From Bdellovibrionales bacterium RIFOXYC1_FULL_37_79 (GTDB lineage: Bacteria > Bdellovibrionota > Bacteriovoracia > Bacteriovoracales > Bacteriovoracaceae): a stretch of 64,000 nucleotides of DNA. Shown here one piece after another: positions 19,812 through 28,421 of the stretch (position 1 is the first letter of the stretch; the number at the start of each line of letters is the position of its first letter). The DNA lies in the NCBI GenBank assembly GCA_001770015.1, contig MEQB01000021.1:35064-99063 (forward strand), written 5' to 3'. The notes under the pieces are model-generated. The model was not told where the DNA came from. It saw nothing but the letters and a program-made list of their open reading frames with translations, and searched no databases. A program made the position numbers and the translations under genes.

Positions 19812-20723
19812 TTAATTTTTAATTTTATATATTATTTCCTCTAAAGTCGGATTAATAACCCCTAAAAACAAAATATTTCCACCCAGTTTTAAAATTTCGG
19901 TCAAAAATTTATCCTGTAATCTTTTTTCCACTTCATATTCATAAATCCCTTGGCTTTGATCAAAGATTTGTGATTTTAAATATAAATCTTTAGCTGGTTG
20001 TTCATTGATCTTCACCCTTATGGTCAGATAGGTATGGCTATCCTTTTCTATCAGTTCTGATATACTGCCTTGATACATTAACTTCCCACTTTCTAGCACA
20101 ATCACTTTTTTACAGACCTCCTCTATATCTGAAACGATATGACTGCTAAAAAAAATAGTCTTTCCATTTTCTGACAAATATTTAAGAGTATCCTTGAACT
20201 CTTTTCTTCCCACTGGATCAAGACCTGATAATGGCTCATCCAAAACAATAAGTTTGGGATCATGAATATTAGCAGAGATAAATCCCAATCTTTGCAGCAT
20301 GCCCTTTGAATAACTTCTTATCTTTCGATCAAGCGCAAAAGTTAGCCGTAATTTTTCTGCCCAAAAAGCAAGTCTTTTCTCAATTAGACTCCTTTCAACC
20401 TTGTTGAGTTGCCCCAGGTAACCAATAAATTCCCTGCCGGTTAAATGTGGGTAAAAATATGGACGCTCTGGGAAAAAACCAATATTTGAGAAGCGCTCCA
20501 CAGTATTATTTCCTAATTTTTTATCAAATACAATTTCTCCACTAGTAGGTGAAATAAAATTCATAATAATTTTAATAGAAGTAGTTTTACCTGCACCGTT
20601 TGCTCCCAAGAATCCTACCACCTCTCCTTCATCTACACTTAGTGATACATTATCCAAAGCAACAAATTTTTTCTCCCAAAAATGACCCTTATACTCCTTC
20701 GAAATATTCTTAAATTTAAACAT
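19812..20723 (-). CDS. ABC transporter ATP-binding protein (positional equivalent of Myxococcus PilH)
   Basis: Walker A GANGAGKTT, signature-like YSKGMLQRL, Walker B LIVLDEPLSGLD. The track ORF is N-terminally over-extended. I use the ATG at 20723 (MFKFKNISKEY), which is preceded by GGGAGAAG. Confidence 0.9.
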   Translation of the reverse strand: MFKFKNISKEYKGHFWEKKFVALDNVSLSVDEGEVVGFLGANGAGKTTSIKIIMNFISPTSGEIVFDKKLGNNTVERFSNIGFFPERPYFYPHLTGREFIGYLGQLNKVERSLIEKRLAFWAEKLRLTFALDRKIRSYSKGMLQRLGFISANIHDPKLIVLDEPLSGLDPVGRKEFKDTLKYLSENGKTIFFSSHIVSDIEEVCKKVIVLESGKLMYQGSISELIEKDSHTYLTIRVKINEQPAKDLYLKSQIFDQSQGIYEYEVEKRLQDKFLTEILKLGGNILFLGVINPTLEEIIYKIKN

Positions 20724-20771
20724 ACTTCTCCCATTCCATTTAATGGAATTATATACTAAAATTAGAAATAA

Positions 20772-21599
20772 ATGAACTACTGTTACAAACATATATTATC
20801 TCTCATTTTTTTGATGATTCTTTTATTGGCTTTTGCCAATTTTTTTAATTCCACCGTTAACAAACCATTACTGAATATTTCCAAGGAAGACACCGCTTTA
20901 AATTTTAAATCCCATTTTTTAAAAAATTTTAATTTTGGACTTAAACGTTTTATCTCAAGTTACATATGGGTGCAGACCATCCTTGAATCAGATACCGAAC
21001 AATACAAAAAAAAAGATGGCAACTCATGGATCTATTACCGGCTTGTTTCAATCACCACACTTGATCCAGACTTTGAGTGGGCGTACTTGTGGGGTGGACA
21101 GTATCTTTCAGTCATCAAAGACGATATTCAAGGTGCCAAGGATATTTACGAAAAAGGCATCCGTCTTTTTCCCAACAATTTTTGGCTTAATTTCTATGCA
21201 GGATTTCATTATTACTGGGAACTTGGCGATTGTCAGGCGGCATATGCGGTTTTTAGTAGAATTCTAAATCTCCCACACGCCACGGAACATGTTTTTTATC
21301 TTCCATCACTGGTTGCCAGGGCCAAGGCCTGCACCGGTGATCTGAAGACCGCTTATTTGATTGTAAATGATATCTATAAAAATGCGCAGGAAAATAGTGA
21401 ATTAAAAGCAAAGCTACAACAAAACGCCTATGCTCTAAAAGCTGAGATTGACCTTAAATGCTTAAATCAAAAACAACCCAACTGCTCCACCACCGATTTT
21501 AACAATCAGCCTTATATCAAGCAAAACGGGATATTTAAGGCTGTGCAAAAATGGGTGCCGTACCGACTCAAAACCAGATCTCAAACAAATCTTAACTAA
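20772..21599 (+). CDS. membrane-anchored TPR-like protein (275 aa), divergent from the ABC pair
   Basis: N-terminal hydrophobic helix (ILSLIFLMILLLAFANFF) followed by TPR-like helices (GAKDIYEKGIRLFPNNFWLNFYAGFHYYWELGDCQAAYAVFSRIL). It is the only plus-strand gene in the first 40 kb. Confidence 0.55.
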   Translation: MNYCYKHILSLIFLMILLLAFANFFNSTVNKPLLNISKEDTALNFKSHFLKNFNFGLKRFISSYIWVQTILESDTEQYKKKDGNSWIYYRLVSITTLDPDFEWAYLWGGQYLSVIKDDIQGAKDIYEKGIRLFPNNFWLNFYAGFHYYWELGDCQAAYAVFSRILNLPHATEHVFYLPSLVARAKACTGDLKTAYLIVNDIYKNAQENSELKAKLQQNAYALKAEIDLKCLNQKQPNCSTTDFNNQPYIKQNGIFKAVQKWVPYRLKTRSQTNLN

Positions 21600-21626
21600 C
21601 CCACTATAGCAGTACAGTTAAAAAAA

Positions 21627-22847
21627 TTATTCATCACCACCAGCTTGCATGAAAATTGGCAAGTACATGGCTATCATTATCACTGCAACGATTCCACCCA
21701 AAACCACAATAATAATTGGTTCGATCAATTTAGTCATGTTATTCACCAGTACATTCACCTGCTCTTCAAAAACATCGGCAATTTTTAAAAGCATCTGATC
21801 CAAGTTACCCGTTTGTTCCCCAACTTTAATCATTTGGGCAACCATGTCAGGAAAATATTCTATTTTAGATAAAGGCTCAGTTAAAGTCTTTCCTTCAATA
21901 ACTGCCTTTCGTACCACCACCACATCTTGAGCAATGATTTTATTATCAATGGTATCAATACAAATATTTAAAGCATCCACCAAGGCAACACCTGCACTCA
22001 ACATAGTGGAAAGCGTTCTGGTCAGAGAAGCCAAGTTTCCTTTAATAATTATTCCACCAAAAATTGGAATATTCATTGTTATCTTATCATAAACAATTTT
22101 TCCACCTGGTGTTTTAATATAGGATTTTAATAAAACAATCATTAAAATCACCACTCCCACTATATGAAAAGCATAATTTTGAAAAAAATTCGATATATCC
22201 ACAACCATTTGGGTAATAAAGGGAACTTCCTGTTTGCTATCTTGAAGCATTTCTAAAAATTTGGGTACCACAAAAACCATCATTCCATAAATAACCACAA
22301 ACCCGATTAAAACTACTATCGCCGGATAAGTCATGGCTGATTTTATTTGAGACCTAATCTTTTGTTGGCGATCCATATGCTCTGCCAGTTTTCTTAAAAT
22401 CTGATCAAGAATACCTCCTACTTCCCCCGCTCTGACCAGGCTGCAATAAAGCTTGTTAAAACCGCTTTGCTTTTCCATTGAATCAGCGATGGTTTTTCCC
22501 TCACCAACACTCACTGCTATATCCTGGATTGTTTTTTTCAAAACCATATTTTTTTCAGATTTATAAAGTATTTCAAAGCACTGTAAAATAGGAACGCCAG
22601 CATCTATCATGATTGCCAGCTGTTTGGTAAAACTGCATAATTCAAATACTCCAAACGATTTAGCCAGGCCCTTGTCAACCATCCATTCAGTCAAATCAAA
22701 CTCAAGAATACTAGGAGGGATAACTTTTCTGGTTCTTATGCTTTTAGCTCGCAAAGCCTTGCGGACTTCTCGTTCACTTCTTGCCTGCATGGAACCAGAC
22801 ATTTTCTTGCCTGTTTTATCAGTACCTTCCCATTTCCATCTTCCCAT
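21627..22847 (-). CDS. pilC: type IV pilus platform protein PilC (GspF family)
   Basis: 406 aa with a duplicated GspF-type domain and three TM blocks (LSTMLSAGVALVDAL ... KVGEQTGNLDQML ... EPIIIVVLGGIVAVIMIAMYLPIF). Confidence 0.93.
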   Translation of the reverse strand: MGRWKWEGTDKTGKKMSGSMQARSEREVRKALRAKSIRTRKVIPPSILEFDLTEWMVDKGLAKSFGVFELCSFTKQLAIMIDAGVPILQCFEILYKSEKNMVLKKTIQDIAVSVGEGKTIADSMEKQSGFNKLYCSLVRAGEVGGILDQILRKLAEHMDRQQKIRSQIKSAMTYPAIVVLIGFVVIYGMMVFVVPKFLEMLQDSKQEVPFITQMVVDISNFFQNYAFHIVGVVILMIVLLKSYIKTPGGKIVYDKITMNIPIFGGIIIKGNLASLTRTLSTMLSAGVALVDALNICIDTIDNKIIAQDVVVVRKAVIEGKTLTEPLSKIEYFPDMVAQMIKVGEQTGNLDQMLLKIADVFEEQVNVLVNNMTKLIEPIIIVVLGGIVAVIMIAMYLPIFMQAGGDE

Positions 22848-22864
22848 AACTAACCTACATCATC

Positions 22865-24061
22865 CTATTCGTAGCCATCTTTTTCCTTAATTCCTAACAT
22901 CTGCTTCAACTCTTCAGGAACAGTGGTATTGAGCAAGGCTATCTCAGGGGTAATAATCCCAGCTTCCACCAACTTGAACAGGCTTTGATTCATTGTTATC
23001 ATGCCGGAACGCTCTTGCCCTGTTTGCATTTGCGAATATAATTGATGAATTTTATTTTCTCTGATTAAATTTCTTATTCCTATATTGGGAATCATAAGCT
23101 CGATAGAAACCACCCGGCCAGGCTCAAAACTTTTTTTAATCAATCGCTGCGAAACTATTCCTTGTAAAACAAAAGATAACAAGGTTCTTATCTGATCCTG
23201 TTGGTCAGCCGGAAAAACGTTAACCAATCGATTAATTGTTTGAACACACGAATTAGTATGAAGCGTTCCAAACACCAAATGCCCGGTTTCTGCAATTTTT
23301 ATCGCTGCTTCAACAGTTTCCTTGTCCCGGAGTTCTCCAATTAAAATTATATCTGGATCTTGCCTAAGCAAACTTCTCATGGCATCTGAAAAATCATTGG
23401 TATCACTTCCCACTTCTCTTTGATTCACAATACATTTTTTATGGGTATGCACAAACTCAATCGGATCTTCCACTGTAATAATATGAGCCAGCTCTTTGTC
23501 ATTAAGTCGATCAAGCAAAGATGCCAACGTGGTTGATTTTCCAGAACCCGTAGGCCCAGTCACCAATATCAACCCACTATCAATATCGGTCATAGACAAG
23601 AGAATGGATGGTAGCTTCAAAGACTTAAAATCTGGTATAATGGTTGGAACCAACCGAAAGGCAGCAGCAATTGCACCCTTGGAATAAAAAACATTACTTC
23701 TAAATCTTGCCAGTCCCTTTATGCCAAAAGAAAGATCCAGCTCAAGATTTTTTTCAAATTCATTTTTTTGATCCTCTGACAATATTTGATAAACAATTCT
23801 CTTGGTATCAGTAGGTGTAAGCGGGGGAATTTTGACTCTGACAATCTCACCATTTACCCTAAGTGCTGGTGCTACCCCGGCTGTAATATGTAGATCTGAA
23901 GCACCATTTTCCACCATTAATTTAAACAGCTGTTGAATTTTCAAATCAGAATTTTGATCATCCTGATCTTTGGTTTTGGTTTTACGAGTATAAATACTCT
24001 CGGTTTTACGAGTATTTTCCACATTTGTCTTGCTGTTATCATCTGAGTCTGAGCTATTCAT
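22865..24061 (-). CDS. pilT: twitching motility retraction ATPase PilT with an N-terminal extension of about 40 aa
   Basis: Walker A GPTGSGKST, Walker B region DIILIGELRD, His box GHLVFGTLHT, and the PilT-specific GIRNLIRE motif. The ATG at 24061 has GAGGT 7 nt upstream. Confidence 0.93.
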   Translation of the reverse strand: MNSSDSDDNSKTNVENTRKTESIYTRKTKTKDQDDQNSDLKIQQLFKLMVENGASDLHITAGVAPALRVNGEIVRVKIPPLTPTDTKRIVYQILSEDQKNEFEKNLELDLSFGIKGLARFRSNVFYSKGAIAAAFRLVPTIIPDFKSLKLPSILLSMTDIDSGLILVTGPTGSGKSTTLASLLDRLNDKELAHIITVEDPIEFVHTHKKCIVNQREVGSDTNDFSDAMRSLLRQDPDIILIGELRDKETVEAAIKIAETGHLVFGTLHTNSCVQTINRLVNVFPADQQDQIRTLLSFVLQGIVSQRLIKKSFEPGRVVSIELMIPNIGIRNLIRENKIHQLYSQMQTGQERSGMITMNQSLFKLVEAGIITPEIALLNTTVPEELKQMLGIKEKDGYE

Positions 24062-24069
24062 AATTTACC

Positions 24070-25746
24070 TCAAAATTTATCACTACTGGAATTACTAAGT
24101 GCCTCATCGATAGTTGTCCCACCCTGGGCCACCTTGGTTAAAGCGGACATGCGTAGTGTTTTCATTCCTTCCTTAATTGCTTGTTTTTTTATTTCATCTG
24201 CTGAACCATTTCTTAAAACAATTTCTTTAATCATAGGTGACATTCCCATTACTTCATAGATTGCCACCCTTCCCTTATAACCACTATTATTACAATACTG
24301 ACATCCCCGACCATGATAAACCTTCATCTCTTTGGCAGAGACCGGTGCAATTCCGCACATCACCAACTGCTCTGGGGTTATTTCTTTTTGAATTTCCTTG
24401 CACTGGCTACAAATTCTCCGGCACAACCTTTGAGCAACCACCACATTCAAACAACCTGTAACTAAAAAAGGTTCTATACCCATATTTAATAATCTGGTAA
24501 CCGTGGAGGGAGCATCATTAGTGTGAAGCGTGGAAAGCACCAAGTGACCGGTAAGGGCTGCCTCTACGGCAATCTCGCCAACTTCCAAATCCCTGATCTC
24601 TCCAACCATGATGATATCTGGATCCTGCCTTAAAAAAGCCTTCAAGGCACTGGCAAACGTTAAACCCACTTCCTTTCTTATATTAACTTGATTTATCCCT
24701 TCAAGGTTAAATTCAACCGGATCCTCCGCAGTTGAAATATTTTTGTTCACCCGGTTAAGTTCTGTAATGGCAGAATAAAGAGTAGTGGTTTTTCCAGATC
24801 CGGTAGGCCCGGTTACTAAACACATTCCATATGGCTGATAAATAGCATCTTTAAAAACATCCAACTGTCTTTGTTCAAATCCTAGTTTGGTCATATCAGT
24901 TTCCAGAGTGGATTGATCCAAAAGACGCAAAACAACTTTTTCGCCAAAGAGAGTCGGCAGACACGAAACCCGATAATCAATGGTTTTGCCTCCCATTCTC
25001 AGTTTAATTCTTCCATCTTGCGGTTTTCTTCTTTCGGCAATATCCAACTGGGCCATAATTTTTAATCTGGAAATTATCGGTAACATATAATGGGCTGGCG
25101 GATCTTTCAGAGCATGTAACTGTCCATCAATTCTAAGTCTGATTCGAAATCTTCTTTCATAAGGTTCAACATGAATATCACTTGCCTTCTTGACAAAAGC
25201 ATCTGCCAGAATTTTATTTACAAAAAGGATAATCTCTTCGCCAATATCCTCTTCCTTGACCTGTTTTTCTTCCACTGCAGAATCAGGCACCACTTCTTTT
25301 ATTGAGTGGACCAATTCATCAATAGTTTCATTAACTCTTTCAAATATTTTTTTCCACGAAGATATGTTGGTTAAAATAATTTCAACATTAGCCTGAAAAA
25401 GAGCCTGGAGTTCAGGTTTTATGGATTGCAACGAGGGATCAAAAACCGCCACTGTAACTGTTCCAGACTTCTTTTGGATAGGAAGTATCCGATATTTCAA
25501 AACATCTTTTTTCTTAATAAGTTCCAGGGTTGCTTGAGGAATTTTGGCATTATACAAATCAATAAAGGTCAATTTGTATTTTTCTGAAATTACTTTAGCA
25601 AACTTGGTATCATTAAAGTAACTTAATTTCAGCAGACCAAATTCAGCAACATTAAGTTCATCACGATCATTTAAAAAATCACGAATATCCTTTAAGGGTA
25701 CCATACCTGTGTTGGTGATGACGTCTGCAAATTCTTTTCTAAACAT
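24070..25746 (-). CDS. pilB: type IV pilus assembly ATPase PilB (GspE family)
   Basis: 558 aa with Walker A GPTGSGKTT, DIIMVGEIRD, GHLVLSTLHT and the tetracysteine motif (CRRICSQC ... CQYCNNSGYKGR). Confidence 0.93.
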   Translation of the reverse strand: MFRKEFADVITNTGMVPLKDIRDFLNDRDELNVAEFGLLKLSYFNDTKFAKVISEKYKLTFIDLYNAKIPQATLELIKKKDVLKYRILPIQKKSGTVTVAVFDPSLQSIKPELQALFQANVEIILTNISSWKKIFERVNETIDELVHSIKEVVPDSAVEEKQVKEEDIGEEIILFVNKILADAFVKKASDIHVEPYERRFRIRLRIDGQLHALKDPPAHYMLPIISRLKIMAQLDIAERRKPQDGRIKLRMGGKTIDYRVSCLPTLFGEKVVLRLLDQSTLETDMTKLGFEQRQLDVFKDAIYQPYGMCLVTGPTGSGKTTTLYSAITELNRVNKNISTAEDPVEFNLEGINQVNIRKEVGLTFASALKAFLRQDPDIIMVGEIRDLEVGEIAVEAALTGHLVLSTLHTNDAPSTVTRLLNMGIEPFLVTGCLNVVVAQRLCRRICSQCKEIQKEITPEQLVMCGIAPVSAKEMKVYHGRGCQYCNNSGYKGRVAIYEVMGMSPMIKEIVLRNGSADEIKKQAIKEGMKTLRMSALTKVAQGGTTIDEALSNSSSDKF

Positions 25747-25840
25747 AAATTACATGATTACCTTTTAAATTTTATTATTTAGATGACTATCTTATCGGAA
25801 TTGCTTAAATTTTTATTAACACTAAAGAACAAAATAATGT

Positions 25841-26761
25841 TTATGAAAAATATTGATGCAGATACAATACATCGTTTTTAATCTGAGTAATTAAATCTTC
25901 TTTTGTTTTAAACTTAATTTCATTCCTGATTTTATCAATAAAATGAACACTCAGGGTCTCACCATATATATCTTTATCGAAATTCAAAAGATATACCTCA
26001 ATTGTCTGATCTTTTTTATCAGCATTGAAAGTTGGATTATAACCTATACTGGTCAAAGAGAGATATTCCTGATCTTGATAGTAGGCTTTTGTGATGTACA
26101 CACCGTTGCAGGGAATTTGCATGACATCCAAAACCTGCAGGTTGGCAGTGGGAAATCCCAATGTACGACCGCGCATGGCACCCTTAACCACATTTCCGAT
26201 GATTTCATAGGTCCGCCCTAAAAGCAGGTTAGATTTTTTGATATTACCATCACTTAGATATTGTCTGATGATACTAGAAGAGACTTTCTCTTTATTCACC
26301 AGGAATCTCTTCATTATCTCCACTTCAATATTTTTTTTCTTACATTCGCTTACGACAATATTTTGATCACCAGATTTATTTTTTCCAAAAGCAAAATCAT
26401 GTCCCAAAAATATTTTTTTTATCTGATTGGTACAAAAAATATCATTTTGTAAAAAGGTTTCTGGGCCGATTGTGCTAAAATCCCTATGAAAATCAATTTC
26501 AACAACATAATCCACACCCATCTTTTCCAGATATAACCGCCGACTTTCATAATCACACAAGAGAAATCTTTGCTTTCCCTCCAATATCTCCTTGGGATGA
26601 GGAACAAATGTAATAATGGCCAATTTTGTTTGATTTTTCCGGCACTGTCTTTTTATATAATCCAAAACATACTGGTGTCCCAAATGAACACCATCAAAAT
26701 TACCTATGGAAAGGTAAAAATTATCCCTTGATATTTGATTCAGACTCTTTAATATTTCCAT
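25841..26761 (-). CDS. ribF: bifunctional riboflavin kinase / FMN adenylyltransferase
   Basis: N-terminal GNFDGVHLGHQ nucleotidyltransferase motif. C-terminal kinase domain (GFPTANL ... IEVYLLNFDKDIYGETL). Confidence 0.92.
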   Translation of the reverse strand: MEILKSLNQISRDNFYLSIGNFDGVHLGHQYVLDYIKRQCRKNQTKLAIITFVPHPKEILEGKQRFLLCDYESRRLYLEKMGVDYVVEIDFHRDFSTIGPETFLQNDIFCTNQIKKIFLGHDFAFGKNKSGDQNIVVSECKKKNIEVEIMKRFLVNKEKVSSSIIRQYLSDGNIKKSNLLLGRTYEIIGNVVKGAMRGRTLGFPTANLQVLDVMQIPCNGVYITKAYYQDQEYLSLTSIGYNPTFNADKKDQTIEVYLLNFDKDIYGETLSVHFIDKIRNEIKFKTKEDLITQIKNDVLYLHQYFS

Positions 26762-28421
26762 TTTTAATCGATTGTTTTAATTCATCAAAATACTTTTTAT
26801 TAAATTTAATATCCTTGTACTCTTCATAATTCCCATACGTTCTTCTAACACATTCTTCAATAACCTGTAAAAAATATCTTCTTGATTCATCCCTGATATC
26901 ACATTTTTTAATTATATCCTCCAGATGAATAACCTGATCGCTTTTTTCAATCAAACTAAATAACTTGTGTAAATCGGAATAATTTATCCCGGTATTTTTT
27001 AATTTCAAGATTAACAAATCAATATCATCTTTTTTAGTTGACCGGATATAAAAATATTTTAAAACCAGAATTAACAAAACAATATTAACCAAACCCAGAA
27101 AAATTGTTAACATCATTTTTATGTTTACCCAACCATTTTCCCCGGGATAAACCAATCCAAGCCAGACCGGTGGATTAATTGACTGAGCCTGGTCAACCTG
27201 TTTTTTATCCTCACTAGCCACTATCGCATTATGATTATTGGTCTCCAGCATAATATTATTTGATTTTCCCAGGACTACCAATTGAGGAATTGCCAAAGAA
27301 AAATATTCATATTTATTTTCTTCAGGTAAAAAATATGAAACCTCTAGATTACTCTCCGGTAAGGTCATTTCGCTTCTGGCCAAAAAGACGTATTCAAATA
27401 TTTTTTTTGCACTAAATTCATTGAGCTCTTGTAAATCAGCCTTGACTTCAAATTCTTCCAAATTACTCCCACTAAATAATTTAGGAGCAGCCAGCTGTTC
27501 CAATTCACCAGGACCAATCACTTCCAAGGTAAGTTCCACCGGCTCATTGACAAAATACTTCTCTTTTTTTGCTGTCATCTTAAATTGATGTTTACCAACC
27601 AGACCTAGAAAATTTTTTTGCTGGTTATCAACAGGCAAATCTATTACTTCCAACGATCGTGACTTACTTCTGAACCTATCTACCACTCGGGTTCTTCCCG
27701 TACCCAACTGATAGCTCATATATTCAACAGAAATATCAATCGCATCTATTTTTAAAGTACCTGTTTTTTGCGGATAAATTCTAGCGGAATAGAGAACGCT
27801 ACGCTTAAGCATATATCCATCGTATTGAACATTTTCAACATACAAAGGTTTTTTAATGTATCTTTTTATAAAACTATTAAGTTTGGGATATTCCCGAATA
27901 TCGATTCCATTTGCAATTGCCTCCACCTCGTTTGAAATGTAAACATAGTAGTCCACATTAAGGCCTTCTCCCTTGTACACTTTCTCCTTATCAACTACTG
28001 CTTCTACAAATATTTTTGCTGGTCGCAGGGCTTTACCGGCCACATCAATATTAATGTTTTGAACAGACTGTTCACCTTCCCCCGCATCCACTTTTATTTG
28101 TTCGATTCTTTTCATACCCTTGGAACCAGAGAATATGGTGTATTCTATATGATAATTTTTGCGTAATTTTAATTTTCCACTTACGTTGTATGAATCGTTG
28201 GTCTTTCTCACCTCTTTTTTTAAAATTTTTAAATTGATTGGAATAAAAGTCAAAAATGGTTCCAACTCCGAAAATGTCTTGATAGTGAAAGTAAGCTTGA
28301 AATTTTGATTTTCGCTGACCTTCGAGGGGTTAAGTTCGTAAGTCACCTCTGTGGAATAAAGCCTTCCAACTATAAACGGACTTAACAGAATAAGTATTAT
28401 CAAATATTTTAACATTACCAA
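26721..28421 (-). CDS. BatD-like protein (566 aa)
   Basis: Last gene of the MoxR/VWA operon. It has a signal peptide, a long beta-rich extracytoplasmic region, one C-proximal TM helix (MMLTIFLGLVNIVLLILVL) and a cytoplasmic tail, which is the BatD-type architecture. The assignment rests on position and topology. Confidence 0.6.
   Translation of the reverse strand: MVMLKYLIILILLSPFIVGRLYSTEVTYELNPSKVSENQNFKLTFTIKTFSELEPFLTFIPINLKILKKEVRKTNDSYNVSGKLKLRKNYHIEYTIFSGSKGMKRIEQIKVDAGEGEQSVQNINIDVAGKALRPAKIFVEAVVDKEKVYKGEGLNVDYYVYISNEVEAIANGIDIREYPKLNSFIKRYIKKPLYVENVQYDGYMLKRSVLYSARIYPQKTGTLKIDAIDISVEYMSYQLGTGRTRVVDRFRSKSRSLEVIDLPVDNQQKNFLGLVGKHQFKMTAKKEKYFVNEPVELTLEVIGPGELEQLAAPKLFSGSNLEEFEVKADLQELNEFSAKKIFEYVFLARSEMTLPESNLEVSYFLPEENKYEYFSLAIPQLVVLGKSNNIMLETNNHNAIVASEDKKQVDQAQSINPPVWLGLVYPGENGWVNIKMMLTIFLGLVNIVLLILVLKYFYIRSTKKDDIDLLILKLKNTGINYSDLHKLFSLIEKSDQVIHLEDIIKKCDIRDESRRYFLQVIEECVRRTYGNYEEYKDIKFNKKYFDELKQSIKNGNIKESESNIKG

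Noticed and set aside
25792-25799. Minus-strand TCCGATAA upstream of pilB, resembling the sigma-28 -10 element GCCGATAA
   Set aside because: No TAAA -35 element occurs at the required spacing of about 15 nt (TAAT at 15 nt; the nearest TAAA at 12 nt). A sigma-28-driven pilB would also be unusual. This is insufficient support.
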